From positions 1 through 64,000 of the forward strand of contig CAZUBM010000004.1 in NCBI GenBank assembly GCA_964618805.1: 64,000 nt of DNA, given 5' to 3'. A program made the position numbers and the translations under genes. Shown here piece by piece: positions 60,003 to 64,000 of the stretch. Position 1 is the stretch's first letter; each line of letters opens with the position of its first letter. A model generated the notes under the pieces. The model saw only the letters and a list, made by a program, of their open reading frames with translations. It was not told the DNA's origin and made no database searches. The stretch comes from an uncultured Nitrososphaerota archaeon. Lineage in GTDB: Archaea; Korarchaeota; Korarchaeia; Korarchaeales; Korarchaeaceae.

Positions 60003-60415
60003 ATTAAAGAGCGCCTCTCCTCAGGAGGTTTTGCGTAGATAACATCAATAATCATTGGTGCCCCGCAGGCGGGGCATGGCTTATCCCACCTCTTCCCTAC
60101 ATACTCCCCTTCTTTAAACTCCCTTTCTGACTTGAAATTGCACTTCAAACATCTGACTAATGTCATATATTTCCATTTTGGCCCCTTTATTCCTCTGATT
60201 GCTTTAATAACATCAATAGATGTCTTTATTGCTATCCCTATCCCCATTACCCCAGCAAATACTTTGAATAGAGAGTTAGTGTTTCCAATGTTGCCTTTCT
60301 TTAGTTCATGCCAAATCATCCATGTTGAAAAGAGGACAAGTGCTCCTACTAGCGATATCCAAAAGAAATACCATCCCATGCTTATCCTAGCTTCCCCTTC
60401 CTTCTTAGCTGGCAA
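59999..60415 (-). CDS. Two-TM protein with C-terminal zinc ribbon
   Basis: Two TM helices, CLKC...EREFKEGEYV...CPAC; co-oriented and overlapping with the DUF1512 gene. Confidence 0.7.
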   Translation of the reverse strand: MPAKKEGEARISMGWYFFWISLVGALVLFSTWMIWHELKKGNIGNTNSLFKVFAGVMGIGIAIKTSIDVIKAIRGIKGPKWKYMTLVRCLKCNFKSEREFKEGEYVGKRWDKPCPACGAPMIIDVIYAKPPEERRSLI

Positions 60416-61562
60416 CTCTAGAGACCTCCAACCTGTTACCTATTCCTGCTGAGTTACCAACGCCGACAACTATGACGTAGTCACCCTCAGAAGTCCTTTG
60501 GAGTATTGCTTCTTTAACCCTTTCAACTACCTCATCTGCCTTGCTTGCAATCTGCTTTGTCATTGCAGCAACAGCTTCTGCAAAGTCTTCCTTGATAACG
60601 ATGGCATCCAGAGGAATCCCATACTTAGTGGCAATCTCCTCTATCTTCCACCTCTCCACCCCTATTCCTCCTATGGCTGCTCCTACTCCTTCAGCAATTT
60701 CCCCTGTTTTCTCTCCCTCTAGCTTCAAAGCAGCGTCTATCATGACTATTCTGTTGACATTTCCCGCTCTCGATTCTATAATCCTCTTAAGTGCTTCTCC
60801 CGGCTTCCCTACCTCACCACCAGGCCCTTTTGCTTTGAGAACGAGTACACGCCTTCCCTCTATATCAAGTTCAGCCCCAACTACGTTCTCTCCAAAATCT
60901 ATTATCTTTGAATCTCCTATCAACTTGAGAGCAACTAACGGGCCAATTCCATCTCCCATCGGCAAGCCCAGCTTTGAGGCATCAACAGACATCCTCCAGG
61001 CTCTGGCCATCCTCATTATCTCCGGGAGCTGCATTTGTATCTGGGCTATGTATATCATGTTTTGCGTCTTCTTACCTAAAACGAAGAAGTGCCTAACTAC
61101 CCTAAAGATAAAATCTAGTGTTATTGTGCTCTCCAACAGGTCTCTCAAGTTAGCAAGTGCGATGTCATCAGAGGCTGGAGCGACCTCCTTTATGAAGAAA
61201 TTTAACCTATCTTCTCTGTTCCTTACGATATGATCGAGCTTCAAGACAGCACCAGCAGGATCAAGGGTTGCAGGTACTATCATGAAAAATCCAATAAAAC
61301 GCTCTAAAGCCTTCTTTATTACTTCCTTCTCCCTTCCATACTTAGAAGCTGTTTCAACGAACTCTCTTTCAGCTTCAAGCCTGAATCTATTTAGTTGATC
61401 TAAGGCCCTACCGATCTGTCCCATCCAGACCTGTATCTGTAATTTGCTTGCGTAAAAATTCAGAATAACCATAAATATCAAAAAGACCATCCATGAAAGC
61501 CAATCATCCATATTCTGCTGTAGCATAGCAAGCATACTCATCACAGCTGAGAAACCAATCAT
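60405..61562 (-). CDS. DUF1512-family protein
   Basis: PATLDPAG, PMGDGIGP, KAKGPGGEVGKPG, MIDAALKLEGE, AEGVGAAIGG, GVGNSAGI. Confidence 0.85.
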   Translation of the reverse strand: MIGFSAVMSMLAMLQQNMDDWLSWMVFLIFMVILNFYASKLQIQVWMGQIGRALDQLNRFRLEAEREFVETASKYGREKEVIKKALERFIGFFMIVPATLDPAGAVLKLDHIVRNREDRLNFFIKEVAPASDDIALANLRDLLESTITLDFIFRVVRHFFVLGKKTQNMIYIAQIQMQLPEIMRMARAWRMSVDASKLGLPMGDGIGPLVALKLIGDSKIIDFGENVVGAELDIEGRRVLVLKAKGPGGEVGKPGEALKRIIESRAGNVNRIVMIDAALKLEGEKTGEIAEGVGAAIGGIGVERWKIEEIATKYGIPLDAIVIKEDFAEAVAAMTKQIASKADEVVERVKEAILQRTSEGDYVIVVGVGNSAGIGNRLEVSRVAS

Positions 61563-61831
61563 CTTCCCTAAGCCACCTTAACAGCCTTTTAAATAACTCG
61601 GTTGATCTTCCTACGTCAAAGAAATCAAATTTTGTCTTTATAAAATATTTCATGAAGTCCCAAAACCAAGCATAAGGGCTCTTCTCAAATGCCCTAAAAT
61701 AGAATAGCCAGAAACCCTCAGTTACTAGCTGACTGAAATTTCCACCAATTCATGCTTGAAATTTTGTCCATCAGATGTCTTAACTCAATTATTTTCAGTA
61801 AAAGCCTTTAGAAAAACTCTAAAAATGGAAG

Positions 61832-61924
61832 CGGGCCCGGCGGGATTCGAACCCGCGACTTCCGGGTTTCCCCGTGCTTATTTACATAAAAGCCCGGCGC
61901 TCTACCATGCTGAGCTACGGGCCC
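61832..61924 (-). tRNA. tRNA-Lys(UUU) with a 19-nt intron at 37/38 (61868-61886); CCA not encoded
   Basis: Minus strand reads GGGCCCG TA GCTC AGCATGGTA GAGC G CCGGG CTTTTA [TGTAAATAAGCACGGGGAA] A CCCGG AAGTC GCGGG TTCGAAT CCCGC CGGGCCC G. Upstream AAAATTTATGTA is a BRE/TATA-like element. Confidence 0.95.
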
Positions 61925-62058
61925 AGCAACTTCTATACTTTGAAGTACATAAATTTTGGTGTGTTTGAACTCTAATCTCTGCGCTCATTTGATTGTTATG
62001 TAAATCTTTTTTAATAATGAAATTATGCAAACATGATTCAAACTAAAGGGGAATTAAA

Positions 62059-62568
62059 ATGCAGAGACGACGAGGTATCGGGGATAAGGAGATCAAAGTT
62101 TTGAGAATGTTAGTAGAGGATGGTAGGATCACCTATACCGGTATAGCGAAGAAATTGGGCATGAGTCCTGCGGGAGTGATGAAAAAGGTCAGAAAACTAG
62201 AGGAATTTGGCATAATCAAGGGCTATACAGCCATCGTAGATCATGCTAAGCTTAGAAAGCCTTACAAGTACGTAATTATGATAAAAACAGAGCCTGGCAA
62301 ACACCTTGATGTAGCTAAATCGATACATGAGGATATGAAGGAGAGCGTGCTGGAAGTACACACGATAACAGGACCATATGACGTGATAGTTAAGCTACTG
62401 GCTGGGAACAGTGAGGAACTGAATGAGCTTTTAAAGAAACTTCATAGAATAGAAGGAGTGAGGGAAACGAACACTTCCCTAATATTGGAGACCATAGAAG
62501 AGAGGCCCTCAGTGGTGCCCGAAGATATTCATCTCCCAATTCTAACTAGAGAATCAAGAGAAGAATGA
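62059..62568 (+). CDS. Lrp/AsnC family transcriptional regulator
   Basis: LVEDGRITYTGIAKKLGMS...LEEFGIIKGYTA; ITGPYD. Confidence 0.92.
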   Translation: MQRRRGIGDKEIKVLRMLVEDGRITYTGIAKKLGMSPAGVMKKVRKLEEFGIIKGYTAIVDHAKLRKPYKYVIMIKTEPGKHLDVAKSIHEDMKESVLEVHTITGPYDVIVKLLAGNSEELNELLKKLHRIEGVRETNTSLILETIEERPSVVPEDIHLPILTRESREE

Positions 62569-62577
62569 ATTTTCGGA

Positions 62578-63564
62578 TTAGAGGAAAGTCCAATCCTTTC
62601 CTAGCGGAGCAGCCTTAACGTTAAGCTTCATTCTTAAGTAAGAAGTAAGGTCGTTTGAGAAGCCAAACACGGTGTAAACCTGCCTAGCCTTAGACCTCCT
62701 AACGATCTCTAAGAGACCATTAAAGTCGGCATGAGAGCTTAGCGGAAATGCTCTATGAACTCTCTTTGGTCTTAAGATCAGTGCCCAACCTGTTGCTATA
62801 GCCAACTTGCTTCCATCTATTAGAACGTTAGAACATGGGCCTTTAACAACTGCAGACCTAAAGTCCTCTATCTCCTGAAGTCTCTCATAGCTTAGTTCGA
62901 AGAAAGGTTTGCAGACCGAACTCATCCTTTCAACCTCCTCGGTAACGAGGACCTTAAGCCTTGTTGCTTTGTTCAAAAGAGCTATGATCTCTTGGGCCTT
63001 TCCCAAGGGATATACGGAGAAGATGGGTATTGAACCCTCAGAGACAACTGAAAGGGTCCATTCTACTATTTTTGCCCTAACAAGGTCTTGATCAGGAAAT
63101 CTGAATTTTGGGTTCCCATAAGTTGATTCTATTATTAAGACATCTGCTTCAGGAACTTCTGCAGGGCCTTCTACAGCCAACCCTCCTCTAGGATTCACAT
63201 CACCGGTATATAGTATCCTATATCTCCCCTTCTCCAACAAAAACATGGCTGAACCTGGTACATGCCCTGCAATAAGGGGAGTGACCCTGAATTGGTCAAT
63301 TTCTATCTCTTTTCCGAAGTCAGAAAGGACTAAAGATTCCTTAGGAGCTTGAAAAACGGATTCTAATGCTTTCCCAGTGATGGTAGTTGCTATCATTTCT
63401 GACTTTGGATTTCTAACATCTCTAGGGACATGATCGGAGTGTGCATGAGTTATTAGAGCCGTAACTCCACTAAGAGTTCTTCTTGGGTCCATGATGATCC
63501 TAGATCCATTTGAAACCTCTATTCCATTGTTCCACCTAAGTTTCATGCCCTTAGTCTTTCCCAT
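62578..63564 (-). CDS. Metallo-beta-lactamase / beta-CASP-like nuclease
   Basis: ITHAHSDH, AGHVPGS, YTGD, IIESTYG, YPLGKAQE, SSHADF. Confidence 0.88.
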   Translation of the reverse strand: MGKTKGMKLRWNNGIEVSNGSRIIMDPRRTLSGVTALITHAHSDHVPRDVRNPKSEMIATTITGKALESVFQAPKESLVLSDFGKEIEIDQFRVTPLIAGHVPGSAMFLLEKGRYRILYTGDVNPRGGLAVEGPAEVPEADVLIIESTYGNPKFRFPDQDLVRAKIVEWTLSVVSEGSIPIFSVYPLGKAQEIIALLNKATRLKVLVTEEVERMSSVCKPFFELSYERLQEIEDFRSAVVKGPCSNVLIDGSKLAIATGWALILRPKRVHRAFPLSSHADFNGLLEIVRRSKARQVYTVFGFSNDLTSYLRMKLNVKAAPLGKDWTFL

Positions 63565-63611
63565 CTCAATCTTTTTATTCCTTCTGTTCTAGCTCAAGCA
63601 GGGGGAACATC

Positions 63612-63779
63612 ATGAGCAAGAGGAAGAGAAGAAGGGAATTCATGCCAATGTCTACAGCTGGTATCTTGACTTTCAGCCAAGAGAGCTCTGAAGGGTTAAT
63701 AGTGCCTAAGTGGTTTCCAGTGGCCTTATCAGCGTCTCTTGCTGTGGCAATAATGGTTCTTCACCTAGTTATGGCCTGA
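63612..63779 (+). CDS. secG: Protein translocase subunit Sec61beta/SecG (55 aa, below ORF-track cutoff)
   Basis: MSKRKRRREFMPMSTAGILTFSQESSEGLIVPKWFPVALSASLAVAIMVLHLVMA: basic N-terminus, AGI motif and a single C-terminal TM. Confidence 0.75.
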   Translation: MSKRKRRREFMPMSTAGILTFSQESSEGLIVPKWFPVALSASLAVAIMVLHLVMA

Positions 63780-63788
63780 GGTGAGCCT

Positions 63789-64000
63789 TTGCTGATATCA
63801 GAGGCAGAGAAAATAATCAAAGATACTTATGAAAAGCGAGATAAGAGAAGAGGAGTTCCTTTAACCTTCCTTCACCTTGTTGAAGAGGTAGGGGAGCTTG
63901 CTAGATCTTTAAGGAATAAGGATAGAGAACAAATAGGAAGAGAGCTAGCAGACGTTTTTGCCTGGCTACTCAGCGTGTCATATCTCTTGGAAATAGATCT
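63789..64000 (+). CDS. mazG: MazG-like nucleotide pyrophosphohydrolase, 3' truncated by window edge
   Basis: TTG after GAGGTGAG; RDKRRG...LVEEVGELA...ELADVFAWL. Confidence 0.85.
   Translation, partial: MLISEAEKIIKDTYEKRDKRRGVPLTFLHLVEEVGELARSLRNKDREQIGRELADVFAWLLSVSYLLEID

Noticed and set aside
60541-61233. Long antisense ORFs such as 60541-61233, 35927-36364 and 40057-40503
   Set aside because: They lie opposite well-supported genes and show no independent motifs.
44708-61924. Integrated element bounded by the tyrosine recombinase and tRNA-Lys
   Set aside because: The intervening genes are housekeeping (gltX, transporters), I saw no duplicated tRNA end, and the extein looks like chromosomal XerA.
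61756-61968. 70-aa ORF on the + strand
   Set aside because: Antisense shadow of tRNA-Lys.
1-64000. CRISPR array or cas genes
   Set aside because: No regularly spaced repeat-spacer run was seen; the repeats found are intragenic or two-copy.

Overview
Archaeal chromosome segment, probably a thermophilic TACK/Thermoproteota-type organism. Evidence: TIP49, Lhr, XerA, Sec61beta, DUF1512, an intron-containing tRNA-Lys, GGTGA ribosome-binding sites and frequent TTG starts. The exact lineage cannot be fixed from this window. The left ~28 kb is a plastic cell-surface/glycosylation island. It holds GT2/GT4/Alg14-Alg13-like transferases, ManC, two GalE-like epimerases, a sat-cysC-TauE sulfate-activation operon with an embedded alkaline-phosphatase-superfamily gene, a diverged ~2-2.5 kb duplication and several pseudogenes. 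The right ~36 kb is mostly housekeeping and carries three LAGLIDADG inteins (in Lhr, TIP49 and XerA). Best candidate for an undescribed system: the three-gene operon at 4134-7553. Its secreted Ig-like proteins are split in register: genes 1 and 2 end in an orphan first beta-strand, while genes 2 and 3 begin with an Ig domain lacking that strand. This suggests a tip-shaft-anchor surface filament polymerised by C-terminal donor-strand complementation. Other leads: a possible PAPS-using AP-superfamily sulfotransferase, a DPM2-like protein beside ManC, a threonine-synthase-like pseudoenzyme fused to PadR, and a CTG-initiated TIP49. All family assignments are by motif recognition by eye; no searches were run.
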